DNA of 64,000 nt from an uncultured Nitrospiraceae bacterium (GCA_963706325.1 CAVPLT010000004.1:480001-544000), one strand, 5' to 3'; counted from the stretch's first letter, positions 28,482 through 39,449 are shown. The notes: generated by a model not told the origin, from the sequence alone. Numbers and translations are program-made.

Positions 28482-29458
28482 GGCGTCGAACGTTGCCCAC
28501 TTTGGCGTTTGCAGTCTGTTTTGTTGTCGCACTGTTTATTTCGGGCAGGGTTGAGGCCGCTTCTCCTGACGCGCGGGTGACCGTGGCTATGCAGAAAAGC
28601 GGTTCCGAGGCCACGCTGCTTGGATTGTTTTTCCACGATCCCCAACTTGGCTGGGCGGTCGGCTCAGGCGGGACGATTCTCAAGACCGTTGACGGCGGCC
28701 GCAAATGGAAGAAAGTGTCCAGTGGAACTTCGGCCCTGCTGACGGCCGTGTATTTTCGTGATGCCCGTCGCGGCTGGGTTCTTGGCGCCAATGGAACGGT
28801 GCGTACGACTCAGGACGGCGGTGAGACCTGGAATGTCATGATCGTGTCGAACCAGGCGCCGTTGTACGGAATCGCATTCGTCTCGGATCTAAAGGGTTGG
28901 ATGGTCGGCGGAAACGGAACGATTCTTCAGACGACTGACGGGGGAGAGAACTGGACGGATCAAGCGAGCGGCACAAGCGCGGCACTCCACTCCATCGCTC
29001 TGACAAACGAGCAACATGGAACCATCGTGGGTGCCTTGGGCACAATCCTCACGACTGCTGACGGCGGCGCCACCTGGGTTCCACAGGTCAGTCAGAGTTC
29101 GGCGACATTTTTTGATGTGGCCTTTGCGGATGAGACGAACGGCTGGGCGGTCGGAAATGCGGGCGCGTTGTTTCAAACCACCGACGGGGGCACCCACTGG
29201 ATCGATCGCACGCTGCCCTGCGGGCGGACCTGCAACAAACTCACCGATCTGATTCGTGTGCGGTTCACCGATGCCCAACAAGGTTGGATTGTAGGAGAAC
29301 ATGGCCAGATTTTGAGCACGAGCGATGCCGGCTATAATTGGGTTGAGAAGAGCAGTCCTGTCAAACGTTCCCTCATGGCCCTGAGCTTTCCGCGCGCGAC
29401 CGCGGGATGGGCGGCAGGCGAGGGAGGAACCATCATCGCTATCAGCTCTGGCAGATAG
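28478..29458 (+). CDS. Secreted YCF48/BNR Asp-box beta-propeller protein
   Basis: Six T.DGG..W-type Asp-boxes and repeated GW.VG..G.I; signal peptide; ATGA overlap with the upstream gene. Confidence 0.9.
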   Translation: MRRRTLPTLAFAVCFVVALFISGRVEAASPDARVTVAMQKSGSEATLLGLFFHDPQLGWAVGSGGTILKTVDGGRKWKKVSSGTSALLTAVYFRDARRGWVLGANGTVRTTQDGGETWNVMIVSNQAPLYGIAFVSDLKGWMVGGNGTILQTTDGGENWTDQASGTSAALHSIALTNEQHGTIVGALGTILTTADGGATWVPQVSQSSATFFDVAFADETNGWAVGNAGALFQTTDGGTHWIDRTLPCGRTCNKLTDLIRVRFTDAQQGWIVGEHGQILSTSDAGYNWVEKSSPVKRSLMALSFPRATAGWAAGEGGTIIAISSGR

Positions 29459-29485
29459 TGGGCTATTCGATTTGACCGCACGGAT

Positions 29486-30223
29486 TTACCCCAAGCGTCC
29501 CAAACGACTCTGCACAATACTAAGCGCCGTCACTGCAGCGGTATCCGCTCGGAGGATGTGGGTGCCTAGACTCACGGCGTGACATCCGTGCGTGAGCGCC
29601 AGGGTGAGTTCTTCCTCTGCCCACCCCCCTTCAGGACCGATGATCAGGGCCACACTTTCCGTCAGGAGACCAGGAAGCGGTACAAGGGACAATGCCGCTG
29701 CCTCTCGGCGTTCGGCCAGGATGAGTGCGCACGTAGCTGTCCTGGTTGAAAAGAAATGGCGCGCATCCAGTGGCTCCAACACATGCGGTGCCTGCCATTG
29801 CTCGGACTGTTGAGCCGCCTCGATCGCGATCCGCCGCCAGCGGGATACCTGCGCGGCGATTCGTCCGGCTTGCGGTCTTACGACGCCATGTCGGGAGACC
29901 AGCGGCAGAATCGTCCGCACGCCCAACTCGCTGGCTTTCTGTACAACCCAATCCATATGGTCGCCTTTGAGCAGTGCCTGGGCGAGGAGCACGGTCGGGC
30001 CGATCTCAGCGGGACCTTCTTGCTGGTCAAGAATGCGGACAGTCAGCTGGTGTTGCGCCACTTCCATCACCTCGACACGATAGCGTCGTCTGTGCTCATC
30101 AGTGAGCAGGAGACATTCTCGTGGTTTGACTCGAAGGCTGGCGCGCAAATGATGGCAGAGATCGCCGGTGAGGGTGATCGCTGTGCCCTGAACGTCGAAT
30201 GAAGGGATGAAAAATGCCGGCAT
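29486..30223 (-). CDS. rsmE: 16S rRNA m3U1498 methyltransferase
   Basis: HHL..SLR, VQKASELGV, EAAQQS, IIGPEGG and LG..ILRADTA; follows dnaJ. Confidence 0.95.
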   Translation of the reverse strand: MPAFFIPSFDVQGTAITLTGDLCHHLRASLRVKPRECLLLTDEHRRRYRVEVMEVAQHQLTVRILDQQEGPAEIGPTVLLAQALLKGDHMDWVVQKASELGVRTILPLVSRHGVVRPQAGRIAAQVSRWRRIAIEAAQQSEQWQAPHVLEPLDARHFFSTRTATCALILAERREAAALSLVPLPGLLTESVALIIGPEGGWAEEELTLALTHGCHAVSLGTHILRADTAAVTALSIVQSRLGRLG

Positions 30224-30256
30224 CGTGGTCGGCGGAATCAGGCAGGTAATGTGGAT

Positions 30257-31363
30257 CTACTCGAAGAACGTTTTCATCTTGTCTAGAAAACCTTCGCCCT
30301 CGGTGTCCTTCGTATAACCACTTTCCTTGGCGAAGTCTTCGAGCAATTCCTTTTGCCGCGAACTCAGCTTCGTTGGAATTTCGACTTTGACGTTGAATAC
30401 TTGGTCTCCGGTAGAACCGCCCTTCAGGTTCGGGAATCCGAGCCCCTTCAGCCGGAGGATTTTATCCGGCTGGGTGCCGGCGGGAACCTTCATGAAGGTG
30501 TTTCCTTTGAGAGTCGGCACTTCCACCCGGCCACCTAGGATGGCAGTGACCAGATTCACCGGAAGATCGCAGGCGACATCCTGGCCTTCGCGGCGAAAGA
30601 TGGGATGCGATTTGACCGTCACCGCGACATACAGGTCCCCTTGCGGGCCGCCTTGGACTCCGTGCTCGCCTTCATTTGCCAAGCGCAGTCTCATACCCGT
30701 TTCGATGCCACCGGGAATCTGCACCGAGAGCATGCGTTCTTTGCGGAGGCGCTGTCGTCCACCGCAGACCTGGCAGGGCTCGGTAATGATTTGCCCTACG
30801 CCTTCGCATTGGCCGCAGGGGCGGCTGACACTGAAAAATCCTTGCTGGAATCGCAACTGACCTTGCCCTTTGCAGGCCGGGCACATCTTAATGGCAGTGG
30901 CTGACTTCGCACCTGTGCCTTTACAGTCGGCACAGGTCTCCCATCGGGGAATTTTCAGCTTCGCTTCCTTGCCGAACACGGACTCTTCGAACGTCAAATC
31001 CAGATTATATTGGAGGTCGTTGCCGCGTTCAGACCGACCTCGGCCACGTGGCTGGCCGAAAAAATCCTCAAAAATATCGTTGAAGATGTCGCCGAATCCG
31101 CCCTGGCCGCCGAAACCTTCCGCGCCTTGCGGCCCGCCTGCATGGCCGAAGGTATCGTACTGTCGCCGTTTGCCCTGATCGCTGATAACCTCATAGGCTT
31201 CGTTGATTTCTTTAAACTTTTCTTCCGCCGTCTTTTTGTGCTCAGGAGAAGCGTGGAGATCCGGATGGTGTTGGCGTGCGAGCTTACGGAATGCTTTCTT
31301 GATCTCGTCGTCAGACGCGGTCCGCTCAATGCCGAGAGTTTCGTAGTAGTCGCGTTTAGCCAC
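30257..31363 (-). CDS. dnaJ: Chaperone DnaJ
   Basis: J-domain HPD, G/F-rich region and four CxxCxGx[G/Q] zinc repeats. Confidence 0.99.
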   Translation of the reverse strand: MAKRDYYETLGIERTASDDEIKKAFRKLARQHHPDLHASPEHKKTAEEKFKEINEAYEVISDQGKRRQYDTFGHAGGPQGAEGFGGQGGFGDIFNDIFEDFFGQPRGRGRSERGNDLQYNLDLTFEESVFGKEAKLKIPRWETCADCKGTGAKSATAIKMCPACKGQGQLRFQQGFFSVSRPCGQCEGVGQIITEPCQVCGGRQRLRKERMLSVQIPGGIETGMRLRLANEGEHGVQGGPQGDLYVAVTVKSHPIFRREGQDVACDLPVNLVTAILGGRVEVPTLKGNTFMKVPAGTQPDKILRLKGLGFPNLKGGSTGDQVFNVKVEIPTKLSSRQKELLEDFAKESGYTKDTEGEGFLDKMKTFFE

Positions 31364-31452
31364 GGAAAGTGTTATCCGGTCTACTGTACGGCACGACCGA
31401 GTTCCACGCTATGGTGGAACCCGGTCGTGCGGACAGTGCTGAGGAGGTTATG

Positions 31453-33384
31453 TTACTTTTTGTCCTTATCCACTTCTTCGAATTCCGCGTCCACGACCTT
31501 TTCATCGGTCTTGGGCTGCGACCCTCCGCTGTCTCCAGCTGCAGAGGCGCCGGCATCCGCACCGCCACCTGCCGCGGCTGAGGCTTTTTTGTACATCTCT
31601 TCGGCCAGCTTGTGCGAGGCTGCCGTCAACGCTTGAGTCGCGGACTCGATGGCGCCTGGCTCATCGCCTTCCATCGCCTTGCGCAGCCCCGTGATCGCCT
31701 CAGTGATCTTGGTTTTGTCATCTTCACCGATCTTGTCTCCATGCTCGCTGAGGTTTTTCTCAGTCGTATACAGGAGCGAGTCGGCCTGATTGCGAGCTTC
31801 TGCCACGCGGCGACGCTTCTTATCGTCTTCCGTATGGGATTGGGCGTCTTTGACGAGCTTGTCAACTTCGTCCTTGCTGAGCCCGCTAGATGCCGTGATC
31901 TTAATAGACTGTTCCTTCTGCGTGGCCAGATCTTTGGCCGCCACATGGACGATACCGTTCGCATCGATGTCGAAGGAGACTTCGACCTGCGGCATCCCGC
32001 GCGGCGCCGGCGGAATTCCGACGAGATCGAATTGCCCCAGCAGCTTATTGTCGTTCGCCATTTCACGTTCGCCCTGGAAGACTCGAATTGTGACGGCGGT
32101 CTGATTGTCAGCGGCGGTGGAGAACACTTGGCTTTTTTTCGTCGGAATCGTGGTGTTGCGCTCGATCAGTTTCGTGAAGACGCCGCCGAGCGTTTCGATA
32201 CCGAGGGACAATGGCGTGACATCCAGCAACAGGACGTCTTTCACTTCGCCTTTCAACACGCCGCCCTGCACGCCGGCTCCGATGGCGACCACTTCATCCG
32301 GGTTTACGCCGCGGTGCGGCTCTTTCCCAAAGAATTCTTTCACGACCTGGATGACTTTCGGCATCCGGGTCATACCACCGACCAGCACCACCTCTTGGAT
32401 ATCTTTGGCGCTCACACCGGCGTCGGCCAGCGCCTTTCGGCAAGGCTCAATGGTGCGCTGAACAAGGTCATCAACGAGCTGCTCAAGCTTGGAGCGGGTG
32501 AGCTTCAGCACCATGTGTTTGGGTCCGCTGGCGTCCGCCGTGATGAAGGGCAGATTGATCTCGCTTTCCTGCGAAGAGGAGAGCTCGATCTTCGCCCGCT
32601 CAGCGGCTTCCTTGAGGCGCTGCAACGCCATGCGATCTTTGCGCAGGTCGATCGCCTGATCTTTCTTAAACTCGTCGACCAGCCAATCCATCACTCGTTG
32701 ATCGAAGTCATCTCCACCGAGAAAGGTGTCACCATTGGTGGATTTTACTTCGAACACGCCTTCGCCGATCTCAAGAACAGACACGTCGAAGGTACCGCCA
32801 CCGAGGTCGTACACGGCGATGCGCTCGTCTTTTTTCTTATCGAGCCCATAGGCGAGCGAGGCCGCTGTTGGCTCGTTGATGATACGAAGTACATTCAGCC
32901 CGGCGATCTGCCCGGCATCCTTGGTAGCTTGACGCTGGCTGTCGTCAAAGTAGGCGGGGACCGTAACGACTGCTTCGGTGACTTTTTCGCCGAGATAGTC
33001 TTCGGCCGTCTGCCGCATTTTCTGCAGAATCATCGCCGAAACTTCCGGCGGGCTGTAACGCTTCCCACGCAACTCGACATGCGCGTCGCCATTGTCTGCT
33101 TCCACTACTTTATAGGGAAGCCGTTTCAGGGCTTCCTGCACTTCCTTACTACGGAACTTGCGTCCCATCAGACGTTTGACCGAGAAGATAGTGTTTTCAG
33201 GATTGGTAATGGCTTGCCGTTTGGCAATTTGCCCGACCAAACGTTCGTTCTTGTCGGTGATGCCGACGACAGAGGGAGTCGTACGGCTTCCTTCCGCATT
33301 GGCGATGACGACCGGGTCTCCACCGCTCATGATGGCGACGCAGGAGTTCGTCGTGCCGAGGTCGATTCCGATGACTTTGCCCAT
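31453..33384 (-). CDS. dnaK: Chaperone DnaK (Hsp70)
   Basis: [31 protein letters not shown] and [20 protein letters not shown]. Confidence 0.99.
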   Translation of the reverse strand: MGKVIGIDLGTTNSCVAIMSGGDPVVIANAEGSRTTPSVVGITDKNERLVGQIAKRQAITNPENTIFSVKRLMGRKFRSKEVQEALKRLPYKVVEADNGDAHVELRGKRYSPPEVSAMILQKMRQTAEDYLGEKVTEAVVTVPAYFDDSQRQATKDAGQIAGLNVLRIINEPTAASLAYGLDKKKDERIAVYDLGGGTFDVSVLEIGEGVFEVKSTNGDTFLGGDDFDQRVMDWLVDEFKKDQAIDLRKDRMALQRLKEAAERAKIELSSSQESEINLPFITADASGPKHMVLKLTRSKLEQLVDDLVQRTIEPCRKALADAGVSAKDIQEVVLVGGMTRMPKVIQVVKEFFGKEPHRGVNPDEVVAIGAGVQGGVLKGEVKDVLLLDVTPLSLGIETLGGVFTKLIERNTTIPTKKSQVFSTAADNQTAVTIRVFQGEREMANDNKLLGQFDLVGIPPAPRGMPQVEVSFDIDANGIVHVAAKDLATQKEQSIKITASSGLSKDEVDKLVKDAQSHTEDDKKRRRVAEARNQADSLLYTTEKNLSEHGDKIGEDDKTKITEAITGLRKAMEGDEPGAIESATQALTAASHKLAEEMYKKASAAAGGGADAGASAAGDSGGSQPKTDEKVVDAEFEEVDKDKK

Positions 33385-33470
33385 TGGTTGGCTCCTTCGC
33401 AAAAGATATCAGTATGTAAACGTGTCAGCTGTTCTTTTGACGGCTGTCATGTCTGCGCGCTGTTCGGTCC

Positions 33471-34016
33471 CTAATTTGGCGCTCCTGTTGAAACGGTCAC
33501 CATTGCGGCCCTGAGAATGCGGTCTTGAAGGAGGTATCCCTTTTGGTACTCTTCCACGACATGATTCTCGGGCACGGTGTCTGATGGCACCTGAGCCACT
33601 GCCTGCTGCGTGGCCGGGTCAAAGGTTTGCCCCACGCTGTTCACAGCAGTGACCCCAAACTTGGTGAGGGCGCCGATAAGCTGTTTGAGGGTCAATTCCA
33701 CGCCTAGCGTCAGGGCATCGACTGGGACCGCACCCCTGGATGACTTGATGGCCCTTTCCAGATTATCGACCACCGGCAGGAGTTCCTTCAGGATCTGTTC
33801 ATTGCCGAACTTGATTTGCTCCCGTTGGTCTCGCTGCGCCAGCCGTTTGTAATTATCAAATTCCGCAGCGAGCCTCAGGTACTTGTCATTGAGAGCATTG
33901 CATTCATCGGACTTGGCGTCCAGCGCCTGCTGAAGTCCAGAAGCCGCTTCTAGAGGCGCCTCGGCTTGACCGTCTAAACTATGGATACTGTGTGTCTTAT
34001 TGTCGTCTTCATTCAT
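33471..34016 (-). CDS. grpE: Nucleotide exchange factor GrpE
   Basis: YLRLAAEFDNYKR, LLPVVDNLERA, FDP and QKGY.L.DRILR.AMV.V. Confidence 0.97.
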   Translation of the reverse strand: MNEDDNKTHSIHSLDGQAEAPLEAASGLQQALDAKSDECNALNDKYLRLAAEFDNYKRLAQRDQREQIKFGNEQILKELLPVVDNLERAIKSSRGAVPVDALTLGVELTLKQLIGALTKFGVTAVNSVGQTFDPATQQAVAQVPSDTVPENHVVEEYQKGYLLQDRILRAAMVTVSTGAPN

Positions 34017-34152
34017 AGTCTGCACCTACACTGGGGAATGAGATAGCCACGTGGAAACCGAAGTCAACGGGGATTGAGGAGAATCATCGTTTTTTCCGAT
34101 TGGTCTATGTCTTGGTGAAGGGAGTGATGCGTACGCGGACCGATATCTTAAG

Positions 34153-34917
34153 TCATTGGTTCCGGTGGTACAGGAGCTCCAATCCCTCCAGCGTCAGGAA
34201 TGGGCGCACTTCGCGGATAGATTCCGTTTCCTGGGCGATGATCGAGGCGAGTCCCCCTGTCGCGATGACGGTGGTGGAATGTCCCAATTCTCGTTCCATC
34301 CGGCGGACGATACCGTCGACCAGGCCCACATACCCAAAGAGGAGGCCGCTCTGAATGCCTCCGACCGTATCGACGCCGATCACGGTTTTAGGTCGAATAA
34401 TTTCCACTTTGGGTAATTTTGCCGTACGGGCAAAGAGGGCGTCGGCTGAAATGCCGAGACCAGGAGCGATGACCCCGCCTAGATATTCCGCAGACTTCGT
34501 CACGACGCAAAATGTCGTCGCCGTCCCGAAGTCGACGATGATCAGGTCCGAACGGTAGCGCGCGTAAGCGGCGGCGGCGTTCACAATGCGGTCGCTGCCG
34601 ATTTCTCTCGGGTTGGCATAACGGATGATCAGCCCGGAGTCGCTTTCAGGACCGACGATCACTGGGGTGTGATGAAAATACGTCTGAACCATTGATTCAA
34701 ACGTCGCAGTCAGCGCGGGCACCACGCTGGAGAAGATACAGCCGGTAATCTGGTCCGGTGTGAATCCAGCGTGCTGAAGCAAATTCAGCAACAGGATACC
34801 GTATTCATTGTCGGTACGCCGGGATTCAGTGGCGAGACGCCAATGACCGCGCAAGATGGAGCCTTCGAAGAGACCCCACACTATGTTGGTATTCCCGATG
34901 TCGATCGCAAGGAGCAT
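34153..34917 (-). CDS. coaX: Type III pantothenate kinase
   Basis: LAIDIGNTN, SSVVP, IGSDR, VDFGTATT, GG.IAPG and ATGG. Confidence 0.97.
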   Translation of the reverse strand: MLLAIDIGNTNIVWGLFEGSILRGHWRLATESRRTDNEYGILLLNLLQHAGFTPDQITGCIFSSVVPALTATFESMVQTYFHHTPVIVGPESDSGLIIRYANPREIGSDRIVNAAAAYARYRSDLIIVDFGTATTFCVVTKSAEYLGGVIAPGLGISADALFARTAKLPKVEIIRPKTVIGVDTVGGIQSGLLFGYVGLVDGIVRRMERELGHSTTVIATGGLASIIAQETESIREVRPFLTLEGLELLYHRNQ

Positions 34918-34948
34918 CGTGTCACCTTATCGCAAACGGGTGCGGAAT

Positions 34949-35827
34949 TCACCTTCGCACATGGACTACTTCCGCGCTTCTGATTTCGAGAAGCGAACCA
35001 GCTAGAGCAGCGTCGGTATCGGACACCACACGGAGACAGAGACAGCCATCCGGGCCGATCGATTCGGCGATGCCCTGAACCACGCCCTGTTCTTCCAACG
35101 TCACACGGACCCTGTGGCCGAGTGTTGAGCAACATTGTGTAAATTCGTCGATCATTCCGGTGGGGCCGTCGAGCAAAAGACGATCCAATCGTTGTTCAAG
35201 CCGGAAGTAGAGGTCGGCAAGAATCGCCACACGGTCGAAGGACCGGCCACCTTCCGCCGCCAGCGAAGTCGCGCCCGTTCTGAGCTCATCAGGGAAACCG
35301 TCGAGAGTGGCATTGATGTTCAGCCCTATGCCAACGACGATGGCCATGGTCTTGTTAGGGATGGAAGTTTGTTCGCAGAGGATCCCGCCGAGCTTCCTCT
35401 CTCCAATCAGGAGATCGTTCGGCCATTTCACGGAGACGGAGAGACCTGTGTGGCTCGACAGGCACTCGGCCACCGCCAGTGCCGAGAACAGCGGGACCCA
35501 AGAGAGCCATGGACCGGGTTGGGTGGTGCCCGGATTCGGGATTACGATCACTGAGCTATAGATGTTGCCGAGAGCGGGTGAGTGCCACGTCCGTCCGCGC
35601 CGTCCTCGTCCCGCCGTTTGGCATTCAGCGAGTATGGCCATTCCATTCAGGCTTGCTGGTTCAGGGTGTTGTTGCAGGAATGCCAATGCATCGGCATTGG
35701 TCGACGCCGTTGACGAGGTGTAGCGCAGCATTTTTCCAAAGGAATGAGTGCGCAGGATGCTTTTAAGACGGTCGAGCTTAAGCTGGTCGGCGGCTGACGC
35801 GACAGGATTGTTAGCGGGTTCGCCCAC
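34949..35827 (-). CDS. birA: Biotin--[acetyl-CoA-carboxylase] ligase (no N-terminal HTH)
   Basis: STN, Q.AGRGRRGR.W, KWPNDL, KLGGIL.E and GIGLN. Confidence 0.95.
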   Translation of the reverse strand: MGEPANNPVASAADQLKLDRLKSILRTHSFGKMLRYTSSTASTNADALAFLQQHPEPASLNGMAILAECQTAGRGRRGRTWHSPALGNIYSSVIVIPNPGTTQPGPWLSWVPLFSALAVAECLSSHTGLSVSVKWPNDLLIGERKLGGILCEQTSIPNKTMAIVVGIGLNINATLDGFPDELRTGATSLAAEGGRSFDRVAILADLYFRLEQRLDRLLLDGPTGMIDEFTQCCSTLGHRVRVTLEEQGVVQGIAESIGPDGCLCLRVVSDTDAALAGSLLEIRSAEVVHVRR

Positions 35828-36692
35828 GGTTGCCTCGTTGCGCAGACAGGTCCAAGCTCAGGTTGGCGGCGGGAGCAGAATGTGTGAGAGCCCCGACTGA
35901 AATAAAATCAGCACCGGTCTGGGCCATCTCTTTGACGGTCTGCAGCGTCATTCCACCCGAGACTTCGACCAGCGCCCGCTTCTTGATGAGAACGACGGCC
36001 TTTCGCACGAGAGCAGGGGACATGTTGTCGAGCAGGATGATATCGGCTTCGCCTGCCAGCGCTTTCTTCACTTCCTGTAACGTCTTAGCTTCCACCTCGA
36101 TGCGCATCCCGTGCGGTGCCGTGGCTCGAGCCCGACGGCAGGCCGCCGCCACATCGATACCAGACAATCCCAATACGGCAAGATGATTGTCCTTGATCAG
36201 CACGCCGTCGCCGAGTGAAAAGCGATGGTTTTTGCCGCCGCCCAGATGCACGGCCCATTTTTCGAGCACCCGCAGTCCCGGCGTGGTCTTGCGCGTATCG
36301 AGAATCTTTGTCGAATAGCCGCGTACAGCGAGGCAAAATTGCGCGGTGAGCGTGGCGATGCCGGAGAGCCGCTGGAGGAAATTCACGGCGACCCGTTCTG
36401 CCATCAGCAGTGATCGCACATCCCCCTGTACGGTGATGACCGAAGTCTCCGCAGGAACGGTGAGCCCATCCTGAATGCACTTGGTGATGCGTAACGACGG
36501 GTTTACGGTTAAAAAGACTTCTCGCGCGACGGCTATTCCGGCCACAGTCATGCGATGATGGGCGACGATCGTGGCCCGCGCCTGAATGGCGCGGGGGAAT
36601 AGGGTGGCCGTCGTGACATCGCCGTGGGCCAGGTCTTCGTCGAGCGCGAGTTGAACCGCGTTCCGAATGGTTTGAACGTTAGGAGCGTTCAA
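35811..36692 (-). CDS. nadC: Nicotinate-nucleotide pyrophosphorylase (QAPRTase)
   Basis: GDVTT, ERVAVNF.Q.LSGIAT, DTRKTTPG.R, NHR, IKDNH, ILLDNM and SVGALTHS. Confidence 0.97.
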   Translation of the reverse strand: MNAPNVQTIRNAVQLALDEDLAHGDVTTATLFPRAIQARATIVAHHRMTVAGIAVAREVFLTVNPSLRITKCIQDGLTVPAETSVITVQGDVRSLLMAERVAVNFLQRLSGIATLTAQFCLAVRGYSTKILDTRKTTPGLRVLEKWAVHLGGGKNHRFSLGDGVLIKDNHLAVLGLSGIDVAAACRRARATAPHGMRIEVEAKTLQEVKKALAGEADIILLDNMSPALVRKAVVLIKKRALVEVSGGMTLQTVKEMAQTGADFISVGALTHSAPAANLSLDLSAQRGNRGRTR

Positions 36693-39441
36693 TGCGTTTT
36701 CGCTCCAGGACGTAAAGCTCTATCTGGTCTAGCGCCTGCTGGAAGAGTCGAATCATTTGAGATTCGCGGTTGAGACGTTCGTGGTGTTCGTTCCGCACAT
36801 CGGGCGGCGCCTTGGCGATAAACTCGGGATTGCCAAGTTTCTTCTCGGTGCGGTCGACTTCCTTCCGAAGTAGTTCAATCTGCTTGCGAACGTTGCTTTC
36901 GGCCTTTTGCAGATCTGCGTCCTCCATCGAAGTTCGCACTTGCACGGAGGTGCCCGTTAAGATCAAAAGGCCGCCTGGGTTACTGACTTCGAAAGTCCCT
37001 GCTACCTGGAGGCCGTCAACGTTCTCCATGTACTCAATCAGTTCGTTATGCTCCTTAAGGGCTGAACCAATTTCACTCGTTTTCCCGTGCGCTTTGAAAT
37101 GTAAGCGTTTGCCCGCGGGATAATTCAGGATCGCGCGCTCCTGATTCATGAGTTCGCGGCATTCTTCGAGCAAAGCGAATTCCTGTTCCGCTTCTTTGTC
37201 ATTCCAGTCTGCCCGGGCGGTCGGATAGGGCTTCCGAACAATGCTGTCTCCTTCGTGGGGCAGGGTTTGCCAGATCTCCTCCGTGATGAACGGCATGAAT
37301 GGATGGAGGAGGCGCATCATGGTCTCAAACGTTTCGGCCAGCGTCTGCCTGGTACTGTTCGCCTGCGTGGACGCCAGGTCTTTGAGCGTAGGCTTGATCA
37401 TCTCAATGTACTTGTCACAGTACTCATGCCAGATGAATTGGTAGAGCGCGCTTGAGGCGCGATCAAATCGATACTGCTCCAATTCCTGGTTGACCGCGCG
37501 AATCGTGGCGTTCAGACGGCTGAGAATCCAGCGGTCAGGAAAGGACCGCTGAGCAGGCGGGACTTCGGCCCGCTCGCCGTCCAGATGCATAAGAAGGAAA
37601 CGGGCCGCATTCCAGATCTTGTTGGTGAAATTACGATAGCCCTCGATGCGTTCTTCCGCCAGCTTGACGTCGCGACCTGGGGACGCCATCGCCGCCATGG
37701 TGAACCGCAGCGCGTCGGTTCCATACTGCTCCATGACATGCAAGGGATCGATGACGTTGCCCTTGGACTTACTCATCTTCTGGCCTTCGGCATCGCGGAC
37801 CAACGCATGGATATACACGTCGCGGAACGGCACCTCGCCCATAAATTTCAGGCCCATCATGATCATGCGGGCGACCCAGAAAAAGAGAATGTCGAGCCCG
37901 GTTACCAAGGCTGAAGTGGGATAGTAGGTTTTCAGTTCCGCGGTCTGCTGCGGCCATCCCAACGTCGAGAAGGGCCAGAGTGCGGAGGAGAACCAGGTAT
38001 CCAGCACATCGGGATCTTGCACCAGCGCATCCGCATGCCCCTTGGCACAGGTAGCGGGTTTGGTTTTGGCGACAATCACGGTCGCGTCGGACGGAATGAG
38101 TGGCGCTCCATCGGAGGATCGACGCAGAAATGCATTTCCATAACAGGTCTCGCAATACCAGGCCGGGATCTGATGGCCCCACCAGATTTGCCTCGAAACG
38201 CACCAGTCCTTGATGTCTCGCATCCAACCGAGATAGTTGTTCTTCCAGGCATCGGGAATGATCCTGACCCGACCATCTTCAACGGCTTGTATCGCAGGTT
38301 CGGCGAGCGGCTTGATTTTGACGAACCACTGGTCCGATAGCAGCGGTTCCACCACCGTTTTACAGCGATAGCATTTTCCGAGGGCCATCTTGTGAGGCTC
38401 GGCTTTCTCAAGCAGGCCTCGTTCGGTCAGCAATTGTTCGATCTTGGGCCTCGCTTTAGCGACGGGAAGCCCTTCGACTATCTGAACGACATTCGATTCT
38501 GCCAACGCACCTTCCAAATGTAGGTTAGCGTGGATATCCATGATCCTGATGCGGGGCAGTGCGTGCCTCTCACCCGCTTCAAAGTCATTGAAGTCATGGG
38601 CCGGCGTGATCTTGACTGCTCCGGTGCCGAACTCGCGATCCACGAGGATCGAATCACCTACGACGGGGATTGCGCGTGTGGTCAGCGGAACCCGGACTCG
38701 TTTACCGATGAGATAGCGATAGCGCTCGTCTTCAGGATGCACGGCCACCGCCGTGTCTCCGAACATGGTCTCGGGGCGGGTGGTGGCGACCAAGAGGAAT
38801 TGCGACGGATCGTCAGCGAGGACATAACGAATCGTGTAGAGTTTTCCGGTGATCTCTTCGTGCTCGACCTCGATGTCTGACAGCGCGGTCAGGCAACGCG
38901 GACACCAATTGATCAGCCGTTCACCGCGATACAGGAGACCGTCCTCGTGCAGTCTGACGAACACTTCTCGGACCGCTTCGGAGAGCCCTTCGTCCATCGT
39001 AAATCGCTGGCGCTCCCAATCGCATGAGGCGCCAAGCCGTTTCAGCTGGGAAATGATGGTCCCGCCGGACTTCTCTTTCCATTGCCATACTCGCTGGATG
39101 AATGCGTCCCGTCCGAGCGTCTCCCGCGAGGCGCCTTCCGCTTGCAGTTGCCGTTCGACTACATTTTGGGTGGCAATGCCAGCATGGTCCATGCCGGGCA
39201 TCCAGAGCGTATTTCGTCCTTGCATACGCCGCCAGCGGATCAAAATATCCTGCAGGGTGTTATTCAGCGCATGGCCCACATGGAGCGAACCCGTCACGTT
39301 CGGAGGTGGGATCACGATGGAATAGGGTTGCCCGGAGTCGGTCGGGTTGGCGTGAAACAACCCGGCGTCGACCCAGCGCTGATACCAGCGATCTTCGACG
39401 TCGTGCGGGCTATAGGTCTTGTCGAGTTGTGGCGTGAGCAT
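36679..39441 (-). CDS. valS: Valine--tRNA ligase
   Basis: PPPNVTGSLHVGHA, DHAGIATQ, WCVSRQIWWGH, DTWFSS and KMSKSKGN. Confidence 0.99.
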   Translation of the reverse strand: MLTPQLDKTYSPHDVEDRWYQRWVDAGLFHANPTDSGQPYSIVIPPPNVTGSLHVGHALNNTLQDILIRWRRMQGRNTLWMPGMDHAGIATQNVVERQLQAEGASRETLGRDAFIQRVWQWKEKSGGTIISQLKRLGASCDWERQRFTMDEGLSEAVREVFVRLHEDGLLYRGERLINWCPRCLTALSDIEVEHEEITGKLYTIRYVLADDPSQFLLVATTRPETMFGDTAVAVHPEDERYRYLIGKRVRVPLTTRAIPVVGDSILVDREFGTGAVKITPAHDFNDFEAGERHALPRIRIMDIHANLHLEGALAESNVVQIVEGLPVAKARPKIEQLLTERGLLEKAEPHKMALGKCYRCKTVVEPLLSDQWFVKIKPLAEPAIQAVEDGRVRIIPDAWKNNYLGWMRDIKDWCVSRQIWWGHQIPAWYCETCYGNAFLRRSSDGAPLIPSDATVIVAKTKPATCAKGHADALVQDPDVLDTWFSSALWPFSTLGWPQQTAELKTYYPTSALVTGLDILFFWVARMIMMGLKFMGEVPFRDVYIHALVRDAEGQKMSKSKGNVIDPLHVMEQYGTDALRFTMAAMASPGRDVKLAEERIEGYRNFTNKIWNAARFLLMHLDGERAEVPPAQRSFPDRWILSRLNATIRAVNQELEQYRFDRASSALYQFIWHEYCDKYIEMIKPTLKDLASTQANSTRQTLAETFETMMRLLHPFMPFITEEIWQTLPHEGDSIVRKPYPTARADWNDKEAEQEFALLEECRELMNQERAILNYPAGKRLHFKAHGKTSEIGSALKEHNELIEYMENVDGLQVAGTFEVSNPGGLLILTGTSVQVRTSMEDADLQKAESNVRKQIELLRKEVDRTEKKLGNPEFIAKAPPDVRNEHHERLNRESQMIRLFQQALDQIELYVLERKRIERS

Positions 39442-39449
39442 AGTATTGG

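Noticed and set aside
28600..29450. Periodic repeats resembling an array
   Set aside because: They are protein-level Asp-box propeller repeats, not CRISPR; no CRISPR array was seen anywhere in the window.
31612..33474. 620-aa ORF antisense to dnaK
   Set aside because: Long antisense frames opposite hsp70 genes are a known by-product of codon bias; it has no independent motifs.
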